The notes beneath the pieces are model-generated. The model searched no databases. It was not told where the DNA came from and was given only the letters and a program-made list of their open reading frames with translations. This document shows positions 28,260 to 39,100 of a DNA stretch of 64,000 bases, one piece after another (within the stretch, counting starts at the first letter, position 1; the number at the start of each line of letters is the position of its first letter). A program made the position numbers and the translations under genes. The stretch spans positions 67,871 through 131,870 of the forward strand of contig JAHFOO010000001.1 of the NCBI GenBank assembly GCA_023261645.1. The letters are read 5' to 3'. Source of the stretch: Candidatus Moraniibacteriota bacterium (lineage in GTDB: Bacteria; Patescibacteriota; Minisyncoccia; Moranbacterales; UBA1568).

Positions 28260-28949
28260 ATGGAATTTTTGAAACCGAAAAATAAGAAAACGAACACTTC
28301 CAGTACGCAGAAGTATGTGGAGGTTGATGAGATTCGTGACGGTATCATCATCTTGAAGAGTGGCGCACTGCGTTCTGTTCTGCTTGTCTCTTCTCTCAAT
28401 TTCGATCTCAAATCGACAGGAGAACAAGATGCCATTATCGCTTCATACCAATCATTCCTGAACTCTCTCGATTTTCCCGTACAGATTGTGGTTTCTTCAC
28501 GACGTTTCAATATCAGTTCGTATATCGGCCTTCTCGAGAACGAAGAAAAGCAACAACAGAATGAATTGCTCAGGTTTCAAATTTCCGAGTACAAAGCTTT
28601 CATTCAGAATCTGACGGAAGTTTCCAACATTATGTCGAAATATTTTTATGTCATTGTTCCATTCTCTCCGGTAGAAGACAAGAAGAATGGTATTTTCCAG
28701 AAACTCCTCGGGATTTTCCGCCCGAGAGAAGCGGTCAACAATACAGGACATCTTTTCGAGACATATAAATCACAACTCCTGCAACGAGTCGAACACGTGG
28801 CACAGGCCTTGAGTGGTACCGGGCTCAATATCACACCGCTTCAGACGGAAGAAGTGATCGAGCTTTTGTTCAATAGTTATAATCCATCACTTTTCACCGC
28901 AGCCGTGATCAAGAATGTCGAGAACATAGAACTCTCTCAATTCCAGTAA
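28260..28949 (+). CDS. VirB4/TcpF-type N-terminal domain (split from the ATPase)
   Basis: YVEVDEIRDGIIILKSGALRSVLLVSSLNFDLKSTGEQDAIIASYQSFLNSLDFPVQIVV matches the N-terminal domain of Gram-positive VirB4 homologues (PrgJ/TcpF/Orf16). Confidence 0.6.
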   Translation: MEFLKPKNKKTNTSSTQKYVEVDEIRDGIIILKSGALRSVLLVSSLNFDLKSTGEQDAIIASYQSFLNSLDFPVQIVVSSRRFNISSYIGLLENEEKQQQNELLRFQISEYKAFIQNLTEVSNIMSKYFYVIVPFSPVEDKKNGIFQKLLGIFRPREAVNNTGHLFETYKSQLLQRVEHVAQALSGTGLNITPLQTEEVIELLFNSYNPSLFTAAVIKNVENIELSQFQ

Positions 28950-28962
28950 AAAATATAAAATC

Positions 28963-30825
28963 ATGCCACAAGGAATTACTCTTCTCGATACTGAGACAGA
29001 AAAACCAGACGCTCCGAAAAAGAAAAGCGTACTGTCGATGTTTGGGCGTCCGGAAATGAGCGAGAGCGAAGCGCTTTATCAGCGAGGCATCACCACTATC
29101 CGTGATTTCATCGCTCCGCCAGCCATCAAACTCAGCCCCAATACGATGCAGATAGGAGGCGTGCTTTCTCGTACGTATTTTACCGTTGCGTATCCGAGAT
29201 TTCTTTCGACGAATTGGTTTTCGCCCATCATCAACATTGATTTTGCAATGGATACAGCTCTCTTCATCCATCCGATCGATACGGCAGAAATCCTGAAGAA
29301 TCTCCGAAAATCGTCGACACAAGTACAGTCGCAGATGCATATCGAATCAGACGGAGGAAAAATCAGCGACCCTGTCTTGGAGACTGCACTCCAAGACATT
29401 GAGTCTCTGCGTACCAATCTCCAGCAAGGAACGGAGAAATTTTTCCGCTTCGGTCTGTATATGACAGTCTATGGGAACGATGAGAAAGATCTGAGTGACA
29501 AATGTCAATTGATAGAAGCCATTCTGGAAGCACAGCTCGTCTATGCGAAACCGGCCGTGATGCGTATGGACCAGGGGTTTGCCGCGACGCGCCCTCTCGC
29601 CACCGATACGCTCGATGTGGCGAACAATTTGAATACCGAACCGCTTTCGACGACATTTCCATTCGTTTCTTCCGATCTCTCTTCGAATGAGGGTATTTTG
29701 TATGGTATCAATAGACACAACAACAGTCTGATATTGTTCGATCGCTTCAAAATGGAAAACGCCAATATGGTGGTATTTGCCAAGTCCGGTGCTGGAAAAA
29801 GTTATACGGTGAAATTGGAGGTGCTCCGTTCGATGATGTTCGGAGCGAGTGTCATCATTATCGATCCTGAGAATGAATACAAGCATCTCTGTGATGCTGT
29901 CGGAGGCACGTTTTTGAAGATTTCACTTTCTTCAGAGGTCCATCTCAATCCTTTCGACTTGCCGACAAAGATAGGCGAACAAGAAGGAGCTGATATTTTC
30001 CGTAATACCGTAGCAAACCTGATAGGATTGCTCCATCTGATGCTCGGATCCATCACACCGGAAGAAGATTCCATCATTGATCGAGCTATCCGTGAGACCT
30101 ATGCCATCCGAGATATCACAGAATCGAGTGACTTCACTGTCTTGACCGCTTCTTCATTTCCGACGATGTCCGATCTCTACGCCGTACTTGAAAATATGGA
30201 AGGAGCAGAATCATTGGCCTCTCGTCTCGAACGCTACACCGAGGGTATCTTCGGCGGATTCCTCAACAAGCAGACCAATATAGAGGTAGACAATCAGTTG
30301 GTAGTATTCAACATCCGCGATTTGGAAGACGAACTCCGTCCGATCGCTATGTACATCATCCTGCAGTTCATCTGGAATGAAATCCGCACACATATGAAGA
30401 AGCGTGTCATTGTCGTCGATGAAGCGTGGGTGATGATGCAACACGAAGAAGCTGCTACTTTCCTCTTTGGTATCGCCAAGCGTTGTCGAAAATATTACAC
30501 CGGCCTTACGACTATCACGCAGGACATCGGCGACTTCGCTTCTTCACGTCACGGCAAACCGATCATTACAAACTCTTCGATGCAACTTCTGCTCCGTCAG
30601 TCACCGTCATCGATTGATTTGGTAGCAGAGACGTTCTATCTGACGGATCACGAGAAATTCCTCTTGCTCGAGAGCAATGTCGGAGAGGGGATTTTCTTCG
30701 CCGGATCCAAACACGCCGCCATCAAAGTTGTGGCTTCATACAGCGAAGACCAGATCATCACATCCGATCCGCGTCAACTGCTCGAAATTGAACAAGCCAA
30801 GGCAGATTTTGATGCGGGGAAGTAA
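28963..30825 (+). CDS. VirB4-family conjugation/T4SS ATPase (central and C-terminal domains)
   Basis: Walker A VVFAKSGAGKSYT, Walker B VIVVDEAW. RDFIAPPAIK…RTYFTVAYP motif of the VirB4 middle domain. Confidence 0.8.
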   Translation: MPQGITLLDTETEKPDAPKKKSVLSMFGRPEMSESEALYQRGITTIRDFIAPPAIKLSPNTMQIGGVLSRTYFTVAYPRFLSTNWFSPIINIDFAMDTALFIHPIDTAEILKNLRKSSTQVQSQMHIESDGGKISDPVLETALQDIESLRTNLQQGTEKFFRFGLYMTVYGNDEKDLSDKCQLIEAILEAQLVYAKPAVMRMDQGFAATRPLATDTLDVANNLNTEPLSTTFPFVSSDLSSNEGILYGINRHNNSLILFDRFKMENANMVVFAKSGAGKSYTVKLEVLRSMMFGASVIIIDPENEYKHLCDAVGGTFLKISLSSEVHLNPFDLPTKIGEQEGADIFRNTVANLIGLLHLMLGSITPEEDSIIDRAIRETYAIRDITESSDFTVLTASSFPTMSDLYAVLENMEGAESLASRLERYTEGIFGGFLNKQTNIEVDNQLVVFNIRDLEDELRPIAMYIILQFIWNEIRTHMKKRVIVVDEAWVMMQHEEAATFLFGIAKRCRKYYTGLTTITQDIGDFASSRHGKPIITNSSMQLLLRQSPSSIDLVAETFYLTDHEKFLLLESNVGEGIFFAGSKHAAIKVVASYSEDQIITSDPRQLLEIEQAKADFDAGK

Positions 30826-30848
30826 CGAATCGATTAAATCGTACGGAT

Positions 30849-31325
30849 ATGGCATCGAGGACAGGCATCGAGAGAACGAAGTTTACTGGAGAAAAACCAT
30901 CGCTCTTTTTGTACGGAGGAGTCGGGATGATTGCTCTCCTCAAGGATTTGCTCGATCTTGTCGGCATCGGTTCTTTGCCGGCCATAGGGACGATTGTCAC
31001 GATTTGTTTCACATTTCTTATCTGGATCCTTCTCTCGGTTTTTGACAGATCTTCCAGAGGGACGAGGAGCAATATGCAGGTGACGCGCGGTTTGGTGGTC
31101 ATATTCTTTGGAATGGTTGAGGCGCTCGGTTTCGGGCTCAATTTCCTCCCTATCGAGACGGCAATGGTGTTCGTACTGTACATTTCGGCAAGGAAAGCCT
31201 GGAAAGAAGCGAAGGAAGAGGCTGAAAAAGAAGGTATTTCTTCAAAATCACAACTCCGGCAAGAGCGTCTGCAAGCAGTCCGTCAAGCCAAAGCAGAGGC
31301 ACGAGCGGTGGAGGGAGCAGAATAA
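30849..31325 (+). CDS. small membrane protein (possible pilin-like T4SS component)
   Basis: 2-3 TM helices. Coiled-coil C-terminus. Confidence 0.3.
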   Translation: MASRTGIERTKFTGEKPSLFLYGGVGMIALLKDLLDLVGIGSLPAIGTIVTICFTFLIWILLSVFDRSSRGTRSNMQVTRGLVVIFFGMVEALGFGLNFLPIETAMVFVLYISARKAWKEAKEEAEKEGISSKSQLRQERLQAVRQAKAEARAVEGAE

Positions 31326-31353
31326 AAAATAAGGAGAATGAATTCGTAATCAT

Positions 31354-32010
31354 ATGCTCAGAATACTTTCGATGTATCGGCGATTCATTGTCACGGGGAT
31401 GCTCGTGTTCTTTTCATTGGGATTTCTCATCTTTTTCACCGAGAGCGATGCTCTCAGCCCTGTGCTTCAGAAATTCATCGTCAGCATCGTTTTCTTCTTG
31501 GTAATTCCTCTTTTGTATAGTAAAATAGTGTTAAGTGAGTCCTTAAAAAATCTCGGTTTTCAGAAAGGAAATTTCGGGGCAGGCGTCTTCACGGGCCTCC
31601 TCTCTGTTGCTTTGGCAGGCGGAGTAGTCGTGTGGCTTGCGCTTTCTTTCCCGTCTTTCCACGAGCAGTATACTCTCCCTGCCTCAGTCGAGAACAGTTT
31701 TCTCTGGTTCGTATTCTATGAGCTGGTACTGGTTTCTCTTTCCGTGCTCCTGTATGAAGTATTTTTCCGCGGATTAGTGGAATTGTTCTGGTTACGGGAG
31801 TTCAAATGGTGGTCCATCCTCATTCAGGCCGTACTTTTCTTCGGACTACTTGCCTTGAGTCGGAGTATTTCCTGGCAGATGGTACCACTTCTCATTTTTT
31901 GTCCACTTTCAGGGCTGATTGCTTACCGTTCGAAGTCCATCTGGTATTCCGTCGTAGCGAGCTGGATATTTCTTTTTTTGACTGATGTTTTCTTCCTCAT
32001 TTATCGTTAA
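31354..32010 (+). CDS. CPBP family intramembrane metalloprotease (CAAX protease/Abi)
   Basis: EVFFRG motif (EExxxR family). Multiple TM helices. Confidence 0.7.
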   Translation: MLRILSMYRRFIVTGMLVFFSLGFLIFFTESDALSPVLQKFIVSIVFFLVIPLLYSKIVLSESLKNLGFQKGNFGAGVFTGLLSVALAGGVVVWLALSFPSFHEQYTLPASVENSFLWFVFYELVLVSLSVLLYEVFFRGLVELFWLREFKWWSILIQAVLFFGLLALSRSISWQMVPLLIFCPLSGLIAYRSKSIWYSVVASWIFLFLTDVFFLIYR

Positions 32011-32041
32011 ATATCAATAATTCAAAGTAGCACATCCGGGT

Positions 32042-34588
32042 ATGCAACTTTATCAGAAAAAACAAAACAGAGTTTTCGCACTTGTTCTGGCTTTCGGTTT
32101 CTTTCTTACGAGCGCTTCTTCTGTTTCGGCAGAACTTTTCCCGAGTGATATTCCTGCTATTCCTTCGCCGGATGATGTGATGGCTGCGATAGAGGCGAGA
32201 TATCACCTGAATAAGGAGTCTCTGCAGAATCAGGGAGAAAATATGAACGTTTCCAGTACCAAAGGCTACGCTCCGGAGGTCTCTCTTTTTTTCAGTCCGA
32301 GCGATCCGAAAGAAGGTGAGAAAATTACTGCGAAAGCCTACCCTATTTATTTTTCCAATGCTGAAGCATCGATGTATTATACCTGGTATCTCAAGCATAA
32401 GGGTTGTGACGAGGATAACAGTCCGAGTGCCGGAAAGAAAGCTCTTTGTGATGCGGATAATAATGGGAAAATCACTGTCGAGGATTGGAAAGTCGAAGCG
32501 GAGAGGATACTGGCTCAGAATGGATACGACAATAAGACAGCTGATTATAGCAGTGATCCGAACGACAATGATGATTATTTTGCCCATTTCGGCGGAGATA
32601 CCAAGGTGAACACGCCGAGTTATTGTTATGTTCACGACAACGATACGGGACTCAATCACGAGCTGATAAAAACTGATGAAAGTTCTGATTGCAACCATCT
32701 TTTTCCGAATGCCGATAGTGAGACGACCGGCGATGGGAAATTCAAAGTAGGTGAAGAGAAATTTTGGGGGACCAACCCTGCTGATCCGAGTACGGCAAAC
32801 AATGGAAACAAAGATGAGGCCAATGTGGCCGGACTCGGTCAATCAGGATTTACGTGGAATTATCTCATCGGAGACGAGGTGGGTGTCGCTGTCGAAGGGA
32901 CATCGCTCTACACGACCAAATATGATGATTCTTCCGCTATGATTATGTGGGCTTTCCCCAAGAAAGACTGCAAACCGAAAAACATCGGATCAAAAACAGT
33001 GACGGTAAAGGGGTATTCATTTGAGATACCGACAGCCAAGATGGATCTCAATGATTGTATTCCGGACAATCTGATCGATCCTACCAAAGGTGGTCAGGCG
33101 ACGAATCTGAGCGTGAGTGTGACGGCTACTCCCAATGATCCCATCAATGATTCCGGAGATGATAAGAGCGGGGATACCATCATCGCTCAGGCGACCGTAG
33201 ACAATAGTGGACAGAATCTGACAAACATATCTTTTGGGTGGAAGGTTTTCATAAGCGACAATATTCCGGCGTTTGCGAACAACAAGGCAACAGAAATAAC
33301 AGACGATCTGCGTGATTTGGGACTTTTGGGCAATACCAGAGGAAACGCTCTCGACAGCATCAAACTGAAACTCGATATCAAGGATGATGGCACGGTGAAG
33401 CTCGGAGGAAAACGGTTGTCAGACTATCTCACTTCCGGTACTGGGTACCTCAAATTTCAAGCCAATGCGGAGGAGAATTTCTCCGGTGTCATCACTCGCA
33501 AGGGCAGTAGCGATGTCATCGTCAAATTCACTTCTTCGAAGGACATCATCACCGCGTACAAGGTGAATGCCGCGCTGGCCGATGATACGATGAAAGTTTC
33601 ACTTGATACGTCTTTCGGCGGGAAAATCTGTGATACTGATCCCTTGGAACGTACGGTCTGTCGCGTCATCAAAAATGAGATTGTCGGACTGAAGGTCAAT
33701 AGTGCGGGTCTGACAAACTTCAATTGGACCATCAATGGCACACCGCTCCTCTGTACGGCGAGAGTTTCGAGTGATTGCGCGGTAATTGCAAACAATAAAG
33801 CTGTCGACAAAGATGCGCAAGGCAACATAAACTATTTCCCCGTGACAGGCAATGTCGGTGACACCTATACGGTCACTCTGACAGCCAACGACGTGGCGAC
33901 AGGGAAAATAATCACGCTGACACGCGCTTTCAACGTCGTCAATCCGAGAGTCATCATAGAGTCTGTTGATAAGTCAGTTGCTTGGAAGAAATTCTTGGGA
34001 CAGTACAAGGATGTATCGGGATCGATCAATCCGCTTACGGGTCAGCTCACTTGTCCTGGCGGTTTCTGTGATGATTTGAGCGAATCGATCTTCCAAACCT
34101 ATTCCGGTAGTACTCCTGTTTTCAAATCCACATTCATTCCTGGATTTCTCGGAAGTCTCGCTACCAAGGAATGGTCTGTTGATGGCGAAGCGAAGACTGA
34201 AAGCAATACGGGAGAGATCAATTTTCTTGCCGATAAAGACGTTTCGGGAATATACACCGTGAATTTGCTTGCACAAGTCGTACAGCCTGAAAATATCCGG
34301 CGCGCTTTGCTCGATATCTGGGGCATCACACAGTTTGAATCTTCGGAAATCAATTTCGCATCCACTGTCCAGGTGGAAATCCAGACACCGCTTCTCATCG
34401 AAGGACCTCTCAGTGGCCCACGCAAATATTATGCTGCCATCGCCTCGTATATTCCCGCTTCGGTACTCTTCACGTTCCGTATTTTCCTCAGTGCCGTACT
34501 GACTATCTTCACACTCAGTTTCCTCTACTCGCTCCTCGAAGAGCGTCGTATCAAAACATTTGTCGAGAACTTCTCCCGCAAACAGTGA
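32042..34588 (+). CDS. large secreted, C-terminally membrane-anchored surface protein (848 aa)
   Basis: Signal peptide MQLYQKKQNRVFALVLAFGFFLTSASSVSA. C-terminal TM plus ERRIK tail. Confidence 0.5.
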   Translation: MQLYQKKQNRVFALVLAFGFFLTSASSVSAELFPSDIPAIPSPDDVMAAIEARYHLNKESLQNQGENMNVSSTKGYAPEVSLFFSPSDPKEGEKITAKAYPIYFSNAEASMYYTWYLKHKGCDEDNSPSAGKKALCDADNNGKITVEDWKVEAERILAQNGYDNKTADYSSDPNDNDDYFAHFGGDTKVNTPSYCYVHDNDTGLNHELIKTDESSDCNHLFPNADSETTGDGKFKVGEEKFWGTNPADPSTANNGNKDEANVAGLGQSGFTWNYLIGDEVGVAVEGTSLYTTKYDDSSAMIMWAFPKKDCKPKNIGSKTVTVKGYSFEIPTAKMDLNDCIPDNLIDPTKGGQATNLSVSVTATPNDPINDSGDDKSGDTIIAQATVDNSGQNLTNISFGWKVFISDNIPAFANNKATEITDDLRDLGLLGNTRGNALDSIKLKLDIKDDGTVKLGGKRLSDYLTSGTGYLKFQANAEENFSGVITRKGSSDVIVKFTSSKDIITAYKVNAALADDTMKVSLDTSFGGKICDTDPLERTVCRVIKNEIVGLKVNSAGLTNFNWTINGTPLLCTARVSSDCAVIANNKAVDKDAQGNINYFPVTGNVGDTYTVTLTANDVATGKIITLTRAFNVVNPRVIIESVDKSVAWKKFLGQYKDVSGSINPLTGQLTCPGGFCDDLSESIFQTYSGSTPVFKSTFIPGFLGSLATKEWSVDGEAKTESNTGEINFLADKDVSGIYTVNLLAQVVQPENIRRALLDIWGITQFESSEINFASTVQVEIQTPLLIEGPLSGPRKYYAAIASYIPASVLFTFRIFLSAVLTIFTLSFLYSLLEERRIKTFVENFSRKQ

Positions 34589-34592
34589 CAAG

Positions 34593-34630
34593 GCCTGCCC
34601 GAAACGCTTCGCGTATCGATGCGGGCGGGC
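34593..34630. repeat. GC-rich inverted-repeat element, family 2
   Basis: GCCTGCCCGAA-ACGCTTCGCGTATCGAT-GCGGGCGGGC. The inner segment matches copy A (17407-17442). Confidence 0.55.
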
Positions 34631-34750
34631 TTTACAAAAGGGCAAAAAACTGCTATAATGGTTCTATAGAGGCTTGAAATAGCCACAAAGGGACAAACGG
34701 GTGCTTGTCACTGTCGCCAAGGGCGAGGTGATGAACCCGTTTTCTTTTTT
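34631..34750 (+). promoter_or_regulatory. promoter (TTTACA-17-TATAAT) followed by a ~95-nt leader ending in an intrinsic terminator (attenuator/riboswitch-like), upstream of the CAP-domain gene
   Basis: TTTACA 34631-36 and TATAAT 34654-59. Leader hairpin AACGGGT…ACCCGTT plus a T-run, then 25 nt to ATG 34774. Confidence 0.45.
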
Positions 34751-34773
34751 TTGTCTCATATATTACTTGAGAT

Positions 34774-35766
34774 ATGCCAAAAAAAACATACAATACATTT
34801 CGTTCAAAAATGGCTCTCGTCAGCCTTTTTCTGGTGTCCGGATTCTTGTCTTCTTTTCTTTTTATCTATACGGTACAGGCAGATGGTATTTCGGAATCCG
34901 AAGTGATTGCTCTCACGAACAATGCTCGCGTCAAAGAGGGCCTCGATCCGCTTGTTTCCAATACAAAACTGGCTATTGCAGCCAGAAACAAGGCCGAGGA
35001 TATGCTCAAAAATGATTATTTCGCCCATACCTCTCCAAAAGGGGTAGATCCGTGGTATTGGATCAAACAAGCAGGCTACGAGTACAAGTATGCCGGAGAA
35101 AATCTGGCCATCAACTATACCAGTGCCAAAGAACAACAGAGTGCCTGGATGAAGAGCCCCACCCATCGTGCCAATATACTGAATACCCATTATCGAGAAA
35201 TAGGCGTGGCGACTGTGGAAGGAAAAATAGATGGAGAGACCTCTCTCATCACAGTGGCACTCTTTGGTACGCAGATGCAGATGATAGGAGACAAAAGCAC
35301 TGCTGTCACTCCGCCAGTCGTACAACCGGCCGAAATGATCGTTCCGGAAGTGAAAGGAACAGAGACTGTCGTCGCTCCTCTTCCGATACCGCTTGTTCCG
35401 CAAGAAGTGGAGGCTGTCGTTTCAAACGATACTTCACAATCACTCTCACAGATAGAGACGTACACGAAGACGATGACAGCTGTCATTTCAGGACAACTGC
35501 ACCGCTTACAGGCACGATTACATACCGTACGATTGGACGAAGTCACTCAAATGACTGCCATAGCCTTCCTGATGCTGGCTGTTCTCCTCAGTCCCATCGC
35601 TTTCCTCTACAAGGCTGTGGAACTGATTATCCAGTCTGTACAAGAGAGAGATATGCACCGAGGAGAGGTATCGGTTCCGATAGTCCTGCTCCAGTCACCC
35701 CTCGAAAGTATTCATCAAAATATCAAATCAGGATCATCTCTGATGCACGATATCCGGCCTGGATGA
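34774..35766 (+). CDS. CAP (SCP/PR1-like, YkwD-type) domain membrane-anchored protein
   Basis: LTNNARVKEGLDPLV…HRANILNTHYREIGVA CAP signature. N- and C-terminal TM segments. Confidence 0.7.
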   Translation: MPKKTYNTFRSKMALVSLFLVSGFLSSFLFIYTVQADGISESEVIALTNNARVKEGLDPLVSNTKLAIAARNKAEDMLKNDYFAHTSPKGVDPWYWIKQAGYEYKYAGENLAINYTSAKEQQSAWMKSPTHRANILNTHYREIGVATVEGKIDGETSLITVALFGTQMQMIGDKSTAVTPPVVQPAEMIVPEVKGTETVVAPLPIPLVPQEVEAVVSNDTSQSLSQIETYTKTMTAVISGQLHRLQARLHTVRLDEVTQMTAIAFLMLAVLLSPIAFLYKAVELIIQSVQERDMHRGEVSVPIVLLQSPLESIHQNIKSGSSLMHDIRPG

Positions 35767-35799
35767 GCCAAGAAGTAGATGAACTTTCTGAAAACAAGA

Positions 35800-35831
35800 A
35801 ACAGAACACGAAAGATGTTCTGTTTTTTTTT
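35800..35831 (+). terminator. intrinsic terminator after the CAP gene
   Basis: AACAGAAC-acgaaagat-GTTCTGTT followed by T9. Confidence 0.65.
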
Positions 35832-36115
35832 CATAATACGCCACAAATGAGCTCATAGCGTGAAAAATGAGAACTCTTGACAAAAAATAGGGCAGGTATA
35901 TTCTACCGGTAAAGAACAAATGAAGTCATTTACTTTGGAGAAAGCTTCCAAGGGAGGTGAAAAACAAAAAACTTTATTCGAAATAAAAAGACAAGTATCT
36001 ATTGAAAGTTGAAAAGCGGTATAAATAGTCCTGGAAATCTGCAAGCGACTGTTCTCATTCTCCATCCCACCTGAAATAATTTATTTATTTATTCGTTATT
36101 CTTAATACAATCAGT

Positions 36116-39100
36116 ATGAAGTCTTTGACTCGATGGGTGAGGCGGTCAATGTGGAGGTCGTTGCATAAAAGTTTCAATGTAGTGGTCATTATGGCGCTTT
36201 TGCTCCAGCCCGTCGGAACGGTGGGCGTGTACGGAGCTTTTTCTTTTTCTCGAGGTGTGCCGATAGCGACAGCCGTTGAGACAGAACCGGCGACTCCTGT
36301 TGTGGATGCTCCGGCCGATGTGACACCTCCCAAAGAGGATAGAGTCACACCGGTTGAAGAAACAAAGCCAGTGGTAGAAAAAAAGACTACTCCTGCTGAT
36401 ACGCCTCCAGTTACAATGGCTTCTCCTGTAATAACTCCTACTGAGATTCCTGCTTCGGTACCCTCCATCAGTGATACAGGGGCTTCGACTGAAAATACTG
36501 GTATTTCCTCTCTCTCTGCTACGACCGAAGGAACGTCTGTAACGAGCCAAAATACATCACCAACAGACGGAGTCGTGCCTCCTGTCGATACAACTGTTGT
36601 CGCGCCTGCTGATCCGGTGATAACGACACCCGAAGCTTCAGTCCCACCGAAAGAAACCTGGGTCACGGATGGGAACAAATCAGTTACCAATGACTCTGTA
36701 GAAAAAGGCAAAACCTATGTCGCTCCGCAAAATGATCAAGTCACCGTGACTTTCACAAAACTTCCAGAAAAAGCAGGCACACTTTCTATCGAGGAGATCA
36801 CTTTGACTGATGAGCAAATGTCATCTCTTGGTGCTCTTTCAAACAAGGCTTATGATATCACTTCTGATATGGCTGATGGAACGTTTGCGTATGAGCTGAC
36901 TTTACCGAAAGCAGAGAGTGAAAAAAATGTACAAATAAAATTTGCAGAAGATACAGCCGGACTCAAGAATGCCGAGACTGTACCGAGCGATGATGTGAAA
37001 ACAAAGAATACTTCGGTGAATGTGACATTGGACCACTTCACCATCTTCGTCGTGGTGAATCCGAATACGCAACCGAACTGCGATGCGGTCTCGTTGGGTA
37101 CTACTATAGGTACGACTTGCTTCAATACTGTGTCGGCTGCCATAGCTGCAGCGGTGAGTAATGATACGATAAAAGTCGCAAACGGCGCATACTTCGAGAC
37201 AGGATTGATCATTCCTAGTACCAAATCAGGTCTCACGATCGAAGGTCAGTCAAAAGCAGGAACAACCATCCATACGACCGCAGATTGGGGTTTTGATATC
37301 CAGGCAGACAATACGACACTGAAAAATTTGACGCTCGTTGATGACTCAACTAATGCTGGTTATCATGTCAAAGTCTACAATCTGAATGGATTCACCTTCC
37401 AAGATATTGCTATGACTGGTTTCAGCTTTGGAACTGGGGTGAAGCGCGGTGGGCTTGATCTGAATTCTGTCAAAAATTCATCGATCAAGGATGTGACTAT
37501 TGGTGGGTATTACAAAAACGGATATGCTATCACTTCGGTTTGTAATACAACAAACACATCAAGCAATGCTGTTCTCGAAAATGTCGGAGTCAGCAATGTT
37601 GGCTGGAATGGTTTCGCCTTTCAGCTCGCTTCTGGTCCGAGCTGTTCGCCGGCCGGCTCAGCCATAACTGGCGTTGAGTTTCAGGGTACTAACTCGGTAT
37701 TGAATACCGGTCAGTTTGGAGTTTTTGTCGAAGGAACAGCAGCGATTGGTATCTCTTCCCCGAGCAGTGGCCCTGTAGATTTGGGCACTTTTAACTTCGT
37801 CGGACCTTTTGGTTTTGGCTATATCGGCAATCAGCAAAAAAATAACCTCAGTGCGTTGCAAGCAAATTTTGATGGTGATACCAATCCTGACACGATTGAG
37901 ACCAAGATTTTCCATGATTGCGTCAATTCACCCTATCCGCACGGTGCGTGCAACGGAGTGTCTGATCTGTCATCCGGATATGGCAGTGTGGATTATGCTC
38001 GTGTCACATTGGAAGAAGACAAGGTGAATATCTGTCATGCGACGAGTTCTTCGAGCAATCCTTACACTTCGAACAGCGTGAGCATCAACTCGGTGAGTAA
38101 ATGTCTCGATGCGAACGGTCACGGAAATCATACTGGTGATATCATTCCGTCCTATACTACGGCAAATTGTTTCTATCCGGGAAAAAATTGGGATGTTGCA
38201 GGGCAGGCTATCTGGAACAATCAATGCGAACCTGTTGCTGTCGCACCTTCTTGCGGTGACGGCGTAGTCAATAATAATGAAGCGTGCGATTATGGTACGC
38301 TCAATGGTTCGTCAACTTGTTCCGGGAGTTGTCAGTGGAATGCTGCTCCGGTATGCTCGGTAGACTCGACGAATGTCACCAATGGAGAATTTGAAATACC
38401 GGATGTGACCAATGGGGCTCAGTGGGATATTTTCAACAATTCACAGGTACCCGGCTGGACGGCAGCATGGTATGGCGGAGCCTCAACCTTCGGCGAAGTC
38501 AATCGTCCGGATCCGAAGATTGAAATCCACAGTGGCGTGAATGGTTGGACAACCGGTTCCGACCAGTACGTCGAGCTCGATAGTGACTGGGACGGTCCGG
38601 CAGGCAGTCTGAACGGTGAGCCGGCCTCTATCGCTCTGTCGCAGACTATCCCGACGATTGTGGGCAATGAATATACGATTTCTTTCGACTATGCCGCGCG
38701 TCCCAATCATAATGACAATCGTCTCTCGTTCAAGGTGAACGGAAGCGAGAAGTTTGATAGTGGGAACATGGTTGGTGGCGGAAGCGTTTCTTGGCATACA
38801 CAGAGTTATACTTTTACAGCAACAGCAGGCACTTCCACGATACTGAGCTTTACGGAAACCGGCACCCCTGATTCTTATGGAATGTTTCTCGACAACGTCC
38901 GTATCGGATGCAGTGAAGCAGTCAAAGTTTGTGGTGATGGTAAGGTCAATCAGACAAGTGAACAATGTGATGGTACGGATGGAGTAACGGCAGGGATGTT
39001 CTGTTCCGCCAACTGTCAGCTCATTCCTCAGTATGATAGTCCTGGATTTTGTCCTACGGATAAACCTGTGAAGAAACTCATTGATACATACACTATCAGT

